Source of the DNA: Dendrobates tinctorius
Taxonomy: Eukaryota
Direction of reading: 5' to 3'
NCBI RefSeq assembly: GCF_039654945.1
Contig: NW_027361686.1
Coordinates: 5,828,001-5,892,000 of the forward strand
Length of the DNA: 64,000 nt
Under the pieces are notes generated by a model, which did no database searches, was not told the DNA's origin, and saw only the letters and a program-made list of their open reading frames with translations. Of the stretch, positions 49,800-62,600 are shown piece after piece (the first letter of the stretch is position 1; each line of letters begins with the position of its first letter). A program made the translations under genes and the position numbers.

Positions 49800-50619
49800 T
49801 GTTGTGAGTTCATTTTTCCCTTCATCATTGAGGTCTGATGAACTCCCTCCTCTGGTGAAGGAAGGTAGTGAGACAGATTACCAAACACCTGGGCAGCTAG
49901 ATGATAACTGGGTGGCTGGAATTGAAGACTGGATATAAGGCTGCCGACGCCCTTCTTCCTGGCTGGTGATTTTCCTGCTGGATTCTTGGAGACCAGTCTG
50001 ATTCCTGCGTCTCAAAGCTAAGTTTTTCTGCTCTGCTTTGTACTCTTCTGTTTTGTTTTTGTTTTGCCTTGTTTTTTGGGAGTTCTGCCATCCCCGGCCG
50101 GGGGTGAGCTGAATTCCATTTTTGTCTCTGATCTGTTGATCTTTTGCTCTGTCTTCAGAATATACCTGAGTGCTGATATAGTCTTTTGAAGCCTAGCGAC
50201 TTCAGGGCCAGTTTTTCCTATCAGTCGGTTGGCTCATTTTGATAGGGTTTTTGCGGATGACAGACAGCAGCTTTCCTATCCTGTCCTATGTAGTTAGCTT
50301 GGGCCCCATCATTTGCTCAACCTATCTTTCTATCTGTGTTAGTGTTTTCATCTTGCTTCACCGTCATTATATGTTGGGGGCTGCCTATTGCTTTGGGGTC
50401 TGCTCTGGGGCAGTTTAGTTTTTCCCCTTTCTGTCTTTAGGCTATGTAGCTCTCCGGCTGTGATTGAGGGGTCTAGGGCACCGTAGGAACCCCCCACGGC
50501 TACTGCTAGTTGTTGTGGATAGGTTCAGGGGTCTGCAATCCGATAGCTGCCAACCTCTCTGGTTTTTCTGGACTTAGCTGGTATTTTGTTTTTTCCTCCT
50601 TCGGTGACTCATCATAACA
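49800..50619. mobile_element. Solo LTR inside the 5' LTR of the Gypsy element
   Basis: tgttgtga...tcataaca; TSD gctcgg on both sides; absent from the 3' LTR. Confidence 0.88.
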
Positions 50620-51241
50620 GCTCGGCCATGCGCTAGTATAGACTCTAGTTGCTAACTGTGTGAATGATGATGGATGTATGGACTTGCAAATGACTCATTA
50701 AGATTCCCCTCCCTCTGATATTACAAGTGTGTACAGTATAGGGAACGACAGCGCCAGCCCATGGCAAGCTACAGGCCACAATACTCATCCTACACAGCGC
50801 TAGCATCCGACAGCGCACCTGCTACCGGGCATTGTCGTATAGCGGCAGTGTCTGTCGCCACGCTGCAGTCTGCAGCTCTTCCTGGAGTCCGCGGTTGCGA
50901 CGCCGCACGCACGGTAGGTCTAGACGGAAGTGGACTCTGTGTTTCGGGTCAAGTCCTGTGACCATATACTGTGCGTACATTCCTCTGAGTCTTGTGAACT
51001 GGCTCAACTTTGTGTTTAACACCTCGGCGACCCTGTGAAGGAACAGAGATCGTCCAGTGCACCCCGGGTGACATTCAACCCACGTGCGTTATACCGCCAT
51101 ATAGCACGTCTGCCATTATCTAGCAGCAGAGTAACACCTACTGCACGGTGGACCCCGGGCAGCGAACGCACTTATTATTATTTATTATTTAGTGTGTTCT
51201 GCCGTCCCTAACATTATACTAGCGCCAGGGTCTGGCTATTA

Positions 51242-52081
51242 ATGGCGGACCAGCTGCAGCTACAGCGGTATATTCAGCAGCTGGAGGGCAGGTTGGCGGC
51301 CCTCCAGAGTTCCACCTCAACTGCGAATGCTGCTGCGGTCACTGCCCAGACCGTTGCAGAAGCTGTCTCTCATGCGTCCATGTCCATGCCTATGCCGACA
51401 ATTTTCCGCCTCCCGTAGCCCGATAAATTTTCTTGTGACAGTGCCACCTGTAGGGGTTTTGTGAGCCAGTGCTCTATCCAGCTTGAGTAACTGACAGCGC
51501 GATTCCCTACAGAGCGGGCTAAGGTGGGGTTTATCTTCTTTTTGACTCCCCGGGTCACTCATGACACCTCTCTCCAGTTACTTGCTTTAACACAGGGATA
51601 CCTGTCAGTCAGCCAGTATGACGTCCGTTTCCGGACACTGGCTTCCAAGCTGGAATGGCCTGATAAAGCCCTCGTCCCTGTGTTCTGGAGAGTTTTCACA
51701 GAGCATGTTAAGGATTCTCTATCCACCAGGGAGGTTCCTGTAAGTCTGGAAGAGATAATTGCCATTTCCACCCGCATTGATCTCTGTTTTTCAGAGCGTG
51801 GGCTGGAGCGTGCTCAATCCAGATGGAAGGTTAGATTGGTTCCCAACCTCTCTGAACCTCTTGAACCACCTGAGCTGGAGAGTTTACCTCCAGAGCCCAT
51901 GGATGTGTCCCGCACCGGTCTCAAGCCGCGTCCGGCACAAAGCTCCACACGCTGTTACCAGTGTCGACAGTCTGGTCATCTGGCTAACAGGTGTCCGCAG
52001 CGGTTGCATCCAGTGATAATTGGGAGGGTCTATATGTTATGGAGACCTTCTCTCCCAAACCGGCATTCCGAGAGACGTTAG
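51242..52081 (+). pseudogene. Gypsy gag (retrotransposon gag domain, CCHC knuckle)
   Basis: LTQGYLSVSQYDVRFRTLASKLEW, CYQCRQSGHLANRC; upstream part has stops. Confidence 0.85.
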
Positions 52082-52089
52082 ATGGCGGT

Positions 52090-53204
52090 GCTTTCTCCTG
52101 GGAGGTAGAGGTCATGGTGGATTCTGGGGCAGAAGGGAACTTTATGTCCTCGGCCTTCACCCAACAGCACGCTATCCCTTGGTGCCACTTCCTCATCCCG
52201 TGCCCATCAGGGTGGTCAACGGATCGACCTTATCTTCACAGATTACCCACCAGACAGCACCCCTTAGGCTCTCAATTCCACCATCTCACCATGAGATGCT
52301 GTCTCTGTTCATTATGCCAGAGGGCATCGATCAGGTGCTCCTCGGGGTTCCCTTGCTCCGTTACCATTCCCTCATATTGAGTGGTCCTCGGGGAGAATAC
52401 TTGGATGGAGCAAGGGCTGTGTGGGTAGGTGCATGGGGGGGCAGTGTCCAAGTAGCCTCTGTGGAGGTGCCCACGGACCTTTCCGCGTACCCCACTGGGA
52501 ATCTGAGGACCGTGGCTCCAGTTGCCCTCGAGTCAGTGCCACCGGGCAAGATCTTTGTCCCGCCTCACCTGCGGCCCAAGGTTCTCACGTGGGCACATGC
52601 GTCCAGGGTGGGTGGTCACTTTGGCTACAAGCGAACCACAGGACTCCTGGCAAGGTCTTATTGGTGGCCGCACAGGGCTCGGGACACTAAGAAATACATT
52701 CAGGCATGCGCCTCTTGTGCTCCGAACAGGTCCTCTAAGCAGAGGCCGGCTGGGTTACGGTATCCCTTGCCGGTGGCGGACCGGGCATTTGAGGTTCGCG
52801 ACAGTCTGGATCGTGCCCTACATGCCATTCTAGCCTCTAAGGAGAGATTGAAGGTGCCCACCGACACACATCGGCGCCCCGCTCCAACTTTTACCCCTGG
52901 CGACTTTGTGTGGCTCGAGTCCACCAAATTCGTGCCGCGATACATTGGTCCCTTCAAAATCCTCGAGCGGATCAGCTCGGTGGTCTACCACCTGGCTCTT
53001 CCACTACACTTGGCCATCTCTGACGACTTTCACGTGATCCTTCTCAAACCTGTTCACATGTCCTGGTTTTCCGAGTCATCTGCCGGGACATCAGTCTTGT
53101 CTTCTGACGAGTCTGAGGTCAATGCCATTGTGGGACACAGGGTGGTATGTGGCAAAAACCTTTATTTGGTGGATTGGAAGGCTCAGGGGGGGAGGTGGCC
53201 CTAG
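52090..53204 (+). pseudogene. Reduced pol: protease, integrase HHCC, GPF module and start of chromodomain; RT, RNase H and integrase core absent
   Basis: VDSGA (shifted frame), VLLGVPLL, WAHASRVGGHFG...CASC, YIGPFKIL, YLVDWK. Confidence 0.85.
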
Positions 53205-54170
53205 GAGGTGGGGGAATGTTAGGCGTCGGGTTCCTGCAGCGGCACAGCAGAAATCCAGAGCCTCACATTCTGCAGACTTCCATGCTCCATCGACCGCAGA
53301 GGAGCTTGCTCAGCAGTCCCGTCATTCCCCACGCTCTGCCCAGACCTGCTCTGTGGGTCTGGCTGTTGCTGTCACCTTTGGGCCAGCAATAGCAATGCAG
53401 GCTGCTCAGCTGCAAACCGCTCCAGAGGCTAAGTCCTTCTGTCATTCCACTGAGCATGCTCACAAGACGATCTCCCGTTGGAGATCAGGAGTCACATGCA
53501 CAGGTCCTTCTCCAGATCTGATTGGTCCATCTCAGGGATCTGGAAGCTTCCGGAATGTTCTGGCTACAAAAGGTTCGCATGGCCGCTCTAGTTGCTAACT
53601 GTGTGAATGATGATGGATGTATGGACTTGTAATATCAGAGGGAGTGGAATCTTAATGAGTCATTTGCAAGTGTGTATAGGGAACTAGTGTTAGAGTCAGC
53701 GCCAACAAATGGCAAGCTACAGGCCAAAATACTCATCCTAAACAGCGCTAGCGTCCAACAGCGCGCCTACTACCCGGCATTGTCGTATAGCGGCAGTGCC
53801 TGTCGCCATGCTGCAGTCTGCAGCTCCTCCTTGAGTCCGCGGTTGTGACGCCGCACGCACGGTAGGTCTAGACGGACGTGGACTCTGTGTCTCGGGTCAA
53901 GTCCTGTGATCAGATACCGTGTGTGCATTCCTCTGAGTTCTGTGACGTCAACAGGCTCAGCCTTTCTGTTTAACACCTCGGCGACTCTGTGAAGGAGCAG
54001 AGATCGTCCAGCGCACCCCGGGTGACGTTCAACCCGCGTGTGTTATACCGCCATATAGTGCGTCTGCCGTTATCTAGCAGCGGAGTAACACCTACTGCAC
54101 AGTGGACCCCGGGCGGCGAACACACTTATTATTATTATTTATTATTTAGTGCGTTCCACCGTCCCTAACA

Positions 54171-54375
54171 CCCCAACAGCTTTCTGACTACGTTACTCAA
54201 CAATGATTCGACTGTCAGCTTGAATAGTCGCCCCTCCTGCTTCCACTATAGTTTTAGCCACACCTCCGTTGTGCTCTAACCGAGAATTGGCAGCAGTAAC
54301 AATAGTGTCATTTTCCATTGTTGTTATGTCATCTTTTCCCACCACTAACAAGTGTCCCTCAGGAAGTTCTTTTTC
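54171..54375 (-). pseudogene. Macrodomain, N-terminal half (within ERV gag)
   Basis: LVVGKDDITTMENDTIVTAANSRLEHNGGVAKTIVEAGGATIQADS. Confidence 0.9.
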
Positions 54376-54882
54376 AAAAATAGGTTGCCAACATTCCCAC
54401 CCTTTGGACTTCCTGTGATGTTGGTATCCCCCTCCCAGATTGAGTCCCCCTTGATACATTTACCTCCCTCCCATACAGGTGTGCGCTTGGCGGCGAGAGA
54501 GCCTGAGGTACTGAGTATAGGGTTAGGTAGACTGCGTGAGAGTGCTATTGTAGTGGAAGTGTTGGGAGGAGAGGCTGTTGCTTGGAGTATCTTGTGTGGA
54601 TGTGTGGCTAAATTGGCAGTGGAAGAGACAGTAGAAAAGGTTGGTGCCGGGGATGATCCAGGTGGATGGATTGTTGGGTTCACCACAGAAGTGAAAGGGG
54701 AAAAGGTCGGTGGCCCACTGGACCCCCTTGTAACAGGGAACATGGTTAAAGCCTGTTCACATGCCGAAGGAATATATTGGCAGTTCGTGGTCATTACTGG
54801 GTATCAAGGGTTTGGTGGTGTGGTGTGTAGCCTTACTCTAAGGTGTTCATCACCGGAAGTTGTTTGTGTCTTCCTGATGTTC

Positions 54883-55270
54883 CAAGATGGCCACTAGAAG
54901 AAACACACTTGCCTTCACCAAAATGGCTGCCAGAAGAAACACACTTGCCTCTCCCAAAATGGCTACCAGAAGAAACACACTTGCCTTTCCCAAAATAGCT
55001 GCCAGAAGAAACACACTTGCCTTTGCCAAAATGGCTGCCAGAAGAAACACTTGCCTTCGCCAAAATGGCTGCCAGAAAAAACACACTTGCCTTCACCAAA
55101 ATGGCCACCAGAAGAAACACACTTGCCTTCACCAAAATGGCTGACAGAAGAAACACACTTGCCTCTCCCAAAATGGCTACCAGAAGAAACACACTTGCCT
55201 TTCCCAAAATGGCTGCCAGAAGAAACACACTTGCCTTCACCAAAATGGCTGCCAGAAGAAACACATGGCT
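54883..55270 (-). repeat. 36-bp tandem repeat (about 11 copies) in the ERV gag region
   Basis: Unit aaaatggctgccagaagaaacacacttgccttcacc; one minus frame gives (GKCVSSGSHFGE)n. Confidence 0.9.
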
Positions 55271-55454
55271 CATCAACAGAATGGCTGACATCAAAATTAG
55301 CACATGACCCTGTGTCACAGGATATATTTTTGTAATACACATAACTTAAAAACTCTGTCCTTTTTATTCCTTTCTTCTTCTATCCAATTTTCTCTATACA
55401 GACTTTCAGAGACTCTTCCCCATGCCCTAGCAGTAGACTGCAATCCATTATCTT

Positions 55455-56100
55455 CTAGGATACGTGAAACGCATGTCGGGGTCTTCAGCCAGCACCCCCA
55501 AGGTAATGTGCTCCTGTTTATCTACCTGCCTTTTATGCAATGAGTGATATATTCTTTTCATTGGATATTATCGTCTCCGGCCTGCATCTTTGGCATACTT
55601 CATGTCTTGCACCTGCAGATAACTTATAATCATTGCTATTTATTATATGCACATTTAGCCCTAGCTTTGCACTAACTTACACGTTTGTCGTTATTCTATG
55701 ACTAATTCCATGCATTTTTTATTAATGGTAATTGCCTTCATTACATAATTTATTTGCAACTTAAAGTTTTTTTTAAATTGAGGCATATAATAGGAGGTCG
55801 TATTTAATCCCTTGCACGCCCATTGTTCTTACTTTTATGTACGTTGTCATGCACTTTATGAGATGCTCGCTTCATAGGCAATTTTTATTGATTTTGCACT
55901 TTACCGTCAGGGTCTGGCTCCTATTGTCATAGTGTCTGCACTTTTTTATATATTATTACGATCCCCTCTTTTGCCCTATTGTATTTTAATGTAAATCCAA
56001 TAAAATTTGTTATATTTTAGACATAGCTTCCTTCTCCTTTTTGATGATTTTGATATTTTGAAGCGGTATTCCCTAGGCATTTTTCTTATTCAGAATTCTT
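55455..56100 (+). mobile_element. Probable Penelope-like terminal fragment replacing the ERV leader and PBS
   Basis: gaaacgcatgtcgggg half-hammerhead, T-rich body with aataaa; ERV LTR end clipped by about 14 bp and no PBS visible. Confidence 0.4.
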
Positions 56101-56679
56101 TGAAGAAATGTTCACTAGTTGCTTGCTCCTGGCCTAATGGATATTGATCAAGTGCGCACTAAAGAATCACACCAGACACACAGGCAGATGTAACCTCTCT
56201 TTGATCAATCTATGGCACAGCTCCAAGAGAGCCTTATTAATCCAAACATAGGTTTATATATCCCCTGCAAGGGGGCTTGGTTAGATCTAAAATGGGAGTG
56301 ATCGGATGTATTCCATTGGTTAGTGGGTTGGGCAGTGAGCTAGTCTGTGGGCGGATACATGAGGTCATCACATTGGACGTCATTGTGGGTGGATCCATGA
56401 GGTCATCAGGCTGGGTTTGTCCATGAGGTCATCAGAGTGGGCGTCATCATGGGCAGATCCATGAGGTCATCAGGGTGGGCGTTATTTTAGATACCAGCAC
56501 ATGGAGAACATGGTGTGTGGTGAAACAGGAAATGGCAGCCATCTTTAGTGTCACACTTTGATCTGGAAAAGCTCATGTAAGGTGAAATAATACGCTTTAT
56601 GGGTAGTTACTCTCACTCGCTTATGTCTTGAGGTTAATTGCGTATTTGATCTTAAGGCTCTCCTCAACATACAAGGCTA

Positions 56680-57445
56680 AGGAAAAGGAGGTCATGCATA
56701 CAAGGATAGGAATGATGAGCGATGCAGACCAGCTTAGGGATGAGGAGCCATGCAGACCAGGATACAAGGATAGGTTTAAGGAGCCATGCATGCAAAGATA
56801 GGGATTAGGAGCCATGCAGACAAGCTTAGGAATGAGGAGCCATGCAGCGCAGGATAGGGATGAGGAGCATTGCATACAAGGATGGGAATAAGGAGCTATG
56901 CAGATCAGGATGGTAATGAGGAGCCATGCATACAAGGATAGCAATGAAGAGCCATGCATACCAGGATAGGGATGAGGAGGCCATGCATACCAAGATAGGA
57001 ATGATGAGCCATGCATACCAGGATAGGGATGAGGAACCATGCATACAAGGGTGGGGAAAAGGAGCCTTGCATACAAGGATAGGGATGAAGAGCCATGCAT
57101 ACAATGATAGGGATGAGGAGCCATACAGACGACGATAGGGATAAGGAGTCATGCAGACCAGTATAGGGATGAGGAGGCATGCAGACAAGGATAGGGATGA
57201 AGAGCCATGCATACCAAGATAGGGATGAGGAGCCATGCATACCATGATGGGGATGAGAAGGCCATGCATACCAGGATAGGGATGAGGAGTCAAGCTTACC
57301 ATGATGGGGATGAAAAGGCCATGAATACCAAGGATAGAGATGAGGAGCTATGCTTACAAGGATGAGGATGATGGAATTGCATACCAGGATAGGGATAAGG
57401 AGCCATGCATACCAGGATAGGAATGAGGGGACAATGCATACCCGG
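56680..57445 (+). repeat. About 30-bp minisatellite
   Basis: Variants of ggagccatgcataccaggatagggatga. Confidence 0.9.
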
Positions 57446-58134
57446 CTTATACTTGAGTTAATAAGTTTTCCCAGTTGTTTTGTGGTAAAATTAAGTGCTT
57501 CGACTTTTACACAGGTCGGTCTATATTAGAGTATATACGGTATACCAATAAATATATTTATTTATGTAAAAACAAAAATAAGCGAATAAAGTACACATAT
57601 TTGGCATTGCTGCTCCTAGAACAAACTAACTTAGGAAACTGTATTACTAGTTAACTCATTCCGTGAACACCGTAAAGAATTAATACAAAATATGGCAAAA
57701 AAATATGCTTTTTCATCCTTCTGCTGAAAAAAGTGGAATAAAATGTGATCAAAAAGTCGCATGTATATAAAAAAAATTTTTTATTGTGTAAAAGTGGCAA
57801 AATATAAAATCTTTTTTTCCATCATGTAGGACATAGTTGTGGTGTGCAGGAGTCCCAGGGACAATGAAGGATGATGGCAGCTTCACCTTCAAACAACGCT
57901 TCTACGGGTCTAGGTTGTTTGAATGCGAAACGGAGGAAACGGTGATTGGCGCTTTTCTCTTATTCAGTATCAATTACACAGGTGTAAAAAAAACACAAAA
58001 CATTTTTCTCAAGTGACAAGGTTTATTGAATGGATTTGGGGTATTTTGAGGGAGCTGCAGTAGGGTGGGATCTGCATGCTGCTTTATTAATTGGTGTCCA
58101 ACTACTCTTATTGGTATAATTACATTAGTGGCTT

Positions 58135-59161
58135 TGTTGAGCCCCCTCTAGAGCCGTGGGGATACTCGGTAACAGGCCGGTTCTTAAAGGGATATGTCAC
58201 AGCAGCAGAGACCTGGTCCGTGGCCCTGGGTGTCAAATGAAAAATGATGATTAAAGGGGAAATAAAGTTTCTAAGAGAAGAATCGTGATGCCACCTGTGG
58301 TACTTGGCAAAGGATGGCCGACGCTGCTTAAAAAAATGATGGTGCTAATGTTGATGAAGCAGAGTTGATACAGCTCTCCACAGGTAAAGGTGAGGGCAAT
58401 TATTTTATTAAAGATGGTGATGATGGCTGTAGTGAAGGGTGAATGGTGCAGTAAATAACTCAGAGGACACAGCAGGGTGCAGTTTCCACACTTTTACTCA
58501 CGGTTTGAAGTGCAGGCCGGGGCACTAGTTACAGATGACAATGGAGGTCCAGGGAGCCTGGAAGCAACTTAAAACCCATCTGGCTTAGTGGATCCTGAGG
58601 CCTTCTTACTGCGCTGTCCTCTGAGGTCCTTGCTGCCTAAAGCTATGCTCAGTCCTCTGTTCCTTATTGTTCTGAAGTACTTGACCATATGGCAGGCAGC
58701 TTCAGCCTATTGCAGCTATCGCTCCTTTATGGCGGCTCCGGGCTCTGGTCTGCTGCTGTGCCCTTGGGTTTTTTCTGGGCCAGGAGAACTGCAATCCCCT
58801 GCCCTCTGGACATAGCTGCTGGGACTATTGTACCTGTCAGCCACTGACTCCGACATCCGGCTTCTAGCGCTGTACTCTGGGGTGAGCATGGTTACAGCTC
58901 ACTTCTCCTCTCTCCTCTCTCCACTCTTCACTCAGACTCTTTCTCTCTCAGTTCCAGACACTGACCCCTCCTCCAGGCCAGAACTAATAGAGAAACTCCC
59001 CTGAAACCAGGTTTAGAGCTCCCCCTTCTGGTCTGGATTCAGGATAAGTGTTGGATGTAAGTGTTATCTGGTCAGGGAAACCCTCCTTGCTTCCAGGCAT
59101 GTCATCACCCCCTGTGAGGGAGGCAATGCCACTGTGGCAACTGGACTCCTGGGGTGCCACA
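58135..59161 (-). mobile_element. Solo Gypsy-type LTR
   Basis: Similar to 22272-23753 and 27495-28573; ends ggactcctggggtgccaca; no clear TSD. Confidence 0.72.
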
Positions 59162-59692
59162 TTCGCAAAATGCAACATGGCATCCGCTATCTATTCCAGC
59201 CAATTTTTCTCTCCAAAAGTCCAATGCTGCTTCTTCCTTTCTGAGCCCTGCCATTCACCCAAACAGTAGTTTTCCTCACATATGGGGTACTGTGTACTAA
59301 GGAGAAATTGCACAACATACTGTATGGTCCACTTTCTCCTGTTACTCTTGTGAATATTCAAAAAATGGGGCTAAAGGGTTAATAAACTTCTTGAATTTTG
59401 TTTTGAGAACTTTGATGGGTGCCGGTTTCAGAATGATGTCACTTTTCTGTCACATAAGCCCTCAAAGTCACTACAAATGTGGCGTGATCCCTAAAAAATT
59501 GTATTGTAAATTTTGATGGATAAATGAGAAATTTCTGATAAATATTTAACTTTTTAACTAAATTAAATCTTTAAAAAAATGATGCTGATGTAAAGTAGAC
59601 TTGAGAAATGTTATTTTTGGGTATTTCATGGATATTTCATCTGGCTTAAGAGTACAAAAATTAAAAGTCTGAAAATTGCAAAATGCTAAAAG

Positions 59693-62600
59693 TGTTAGGC
59701 GTCAGGTTTCTGCGTCTGCTCTGCAGGAATCCAGACCCTTACATTCTGCGGTCTCTTGCTGTTTATCTACCACAGAGGAGATTGCTTTGCAGCAAATCTC
59801 TCCAGGGGCCAAGTCCCTCTGTCCTCCTACTGAGCATGCTCATGAGACGATTTCCCATTGGAGATCGGGAGTCATGTGCTCAGGTCCTGCTCCAGATCTC
59901 ATTGGTCCATCTCGGAGATCTGGAAGCTTCCGGAAGGTCCCGGCTGCTATAAAAAGCGCACATGGCCGTTCCGCCATGCGCTAGTATAGACTATACTTGC
60001 TATGTGTGAATGGTGACGGATGTATGATTCTGGTGACTGACTTATTAAGAAACCCCTTCCCTCTGATATTACGCATGTGGATAGGGAACTAGAGAGATAG
60101 TCAGCACCAGTCAGTGGCAAGCCTTAGGCCACTGTGCACACCGCACCTCTACGCTAGCGTCCGACATTGCGCCTGCTTTCGAGCTTTGTCGTCAAGCGTT
60201 AGTGTCCTACGCTGTGCTACAGTTGCAGCCCTTCTTGGCGCTCACAGTAGCAACGCCACACACACGGTAGGCTTAGACGGACGCAGCTCCTCTGTCTTAG
60301 GTCCTGCTCCTGTGACCAGATACCGTGTATGCATTTACCTGAGGCCTGTGACACTAACAGGCTCAGCGTTTTTGTATGTTTATGTTGCGGCCCCTCTGTG
60401 TGTGAACAGAGCCCACTCTGCGCACTTCGGGTGAAGTTGAACCCGTGCGCATTATACCGCCATATTGCTCGTCTGTCATTACCTAGCAGCGGTGTAACAC
60501 CTACTGCACGGTGGACCCCGAGTGGCAAACGCACGTTATTATTTATTTTTATTTAGTGCGTTCCGCCGTTCCTAGCATTATACTAGCGCCAGGGTCTGGC
60601 TATGATGGCAGAACAGCAGCAACTCTTACAGTATATTTGGCAGCTGGAGGGCCGGTTGGCTACTCTTGAGAGTGCTATCTCAGCTGCGAAATCCACTGAA
60701 GCTGCTGTACAAGCAATCACAGACGCGGTTTCACATATGTCCACCTCCTCCCACGCGCCGACAGTTACCCACCTCCCATTGCCCGATAAATTTTCTGGAA
60801 ATGGCGCCTTCTGTAGGGGTTTCATCAGCCAGCTGGAGTTACTGGCTGCGTGATTCCCTATGGAATGGGCCAAGGTGGGGTTTATTGTTTCCCTTCTGTC
60901 AGGCAAGGCGTTGGATTGGGCTACGCCACTATGGGAGCGTGGTGACCCAGAGGTTTGGACCGCTGCTCAGTTTTTAACAGCTATTAAGCAGGTCTTCCTG
61001 GGACCATGGGTCATGCACGACACCTCTCTTCAGCTACTTGTTTTGACTCAGGGATCCCTCTCGGTTAGTCAGTATGCCGTTCGTTTTCGGACACTGACTT
61101 CCGAGCTGGAGTGGTCTGCCAAATCCCTCATCCCTGTGTTTTGGAGAGGTTTGGAGGAGCATGTTAAGGATGCTCTCTCTACCAGTGTGGTTCCTGCAAG
61201 TTTGGAAGAGCTGATTGCCATTTCCACCCGCATTGATCTCCGTTTTTCGGAGCGCGGCCTGGAGCGTGCTCAATCTAAACGAAAGGTTACCTCTGCTCCC
61301 AACTTTTTTGAGCCTCTGGAACCTCCCGAGCCAGAGACTCCACTCCCAGAGCCCATGGAGGTGTCTCGCGCCGTTCTCGAGGCACGTCCGGCACAAAACT
61401 CCATTTGCGGTTAACATTGTCAACATGCCGTTTCTCAGGACAACAGTGCCCCGCAATGGCCAAACTGTGCCGCAGGGCAAGACATTTGTCCCTCCCTGCC
61501 TTCGGCCGAGGGTTCTCGTGTGGGCGCACGCTTCCAGGAGGGGTGGTCACTGTGGCTACATGCAGATCACAAAACTCCTAGCGGGGTCTTATTGGTGGCC
61601 GCACAGGGCTCGGGACGTTAAAAAGTATATTCGGGCCTGCGCCTTTTGTGCTCGGAACAGCTTCCTTAAACAGAGAGTGGAGACGCCAGCCAACACACTG
61701 CAGCGTTCCACTTTAGCTTCTGCTCCTGGCGATTTTGCCGCCCTGTTGTCTCCCACGCGTCCCTTCTCAAACCTGGTGACCTTGACGCCTCTGATGCCTT
61801 CCACATGTCCCGGTTTTCCTTGTCACCTACCGGGACATCAGACTTGCCTTCGGACGGGTCTGAGGCCTATGCCCCTGATGGGCACAAGGTGGTGGATCAG
61901 AAGGCTCTGGGAGGAGGGGGCCCTAGGAGGGGGGGGTAATGTTAGGCGTCAGGTTTCTGCGTCTGCTCTGCAGGAATCCAGACCCTTACATTCTGCGGTC
62001 TCTTGCTGTTTATCTACCGCAGAGGAGATAGCCCCTGGAGAGATTTGCTGCAAGGCAAAGTCCCTCTGTCCTCCTACTGAGCATGCTCATGAGAAAATTT
62101 CTCATTGGAGATCGGGAGTCAGGTGCTCAGGTCCTGCTCCAGATCTTATTGGTCCATCTTGGAGATCTGGAAGCTTCCGGAAGGTCCCGGGTGCTATAAA
62201 AAGCGCGCATGGCCGTTTCGCCATGCACTAGTATAGACTTTACTTGCTAGCTGTGTGAATGGTGATGGATGTATGATTCTGGTGACTGACTTATTATGAT
62301 TCCCCTCCCTCTGATATTACGCATGTGGATAGGGAACTAGAGAGATAGTCAGCGCCAGTCAGTGGCAAGCCTTAGGCCACTGTGCACACCACACCTCTAC
62401 GCTAGCGTCCGACATTGTGCCTACTTTCTAGCTTTGTCGTCGAGCGGCAGTGTCCTACGCCGCGTTGCAGTTGCAGCCCTTCTTGGCGCTCACAGTAGCG
62501 ACTGTCATGATCCAGTCTGGAGTTTATTTTCTGCTGTCTTCACTCCAGACTGGTCATGCGGAAGTTAATCTCCTCAGCCTCGTTCTGGAGCCAGCTGGGC

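Larger units (their letters stand above)
49426..54170 (+). mobile_element. Non-autonomous chromovirus-like Gypsy element inserted in the ERV macrodomain
   Basis: LTRs 49426-51213 and 53217-54170; 5-bp TSD cccca; PPT aggaggtgggggaa; gag with CYQCRQSGHLANRC; protease VDSGA. Confidence 0.94.
41435..56669 (-). mobile_element. Class I (epsilon-like) endogenous retrovirus, defective, with nested insertions
   Basis: Paired LTRs 41435-42018 and about 56103-56669; 4-bp TSD taca at 41431-41434 and 56670-56673; polypurine tract next to 42019; gag, RT, RNase H and integrase remnants on the minus strand. Confidence 0.92.
40819..57540. mobile_element. TA-flanked non-autonomous Tc1/mariner-superfamily element split by the ERV
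   Basis: TA|ctgtatgtacttgagtataagcc ... ggtctatattagagtatatacgg|TA; flanks join as agca-taca-agg across the ERV TSD, within its minisatellite. Confidence 0.78.

Noticed and set aside
49130-54375. Macrodomain as exons of a host PARP gene
   Set aside because: The halves are separated by a TSD-bounded retrotransposon rather than an intron and sit between gag-like segments inside ERV LTRs.
56621-57302. Hydrophobic repetitive ORFs
   Set aside because: Translations of the roughly 30-bp minisatellite.
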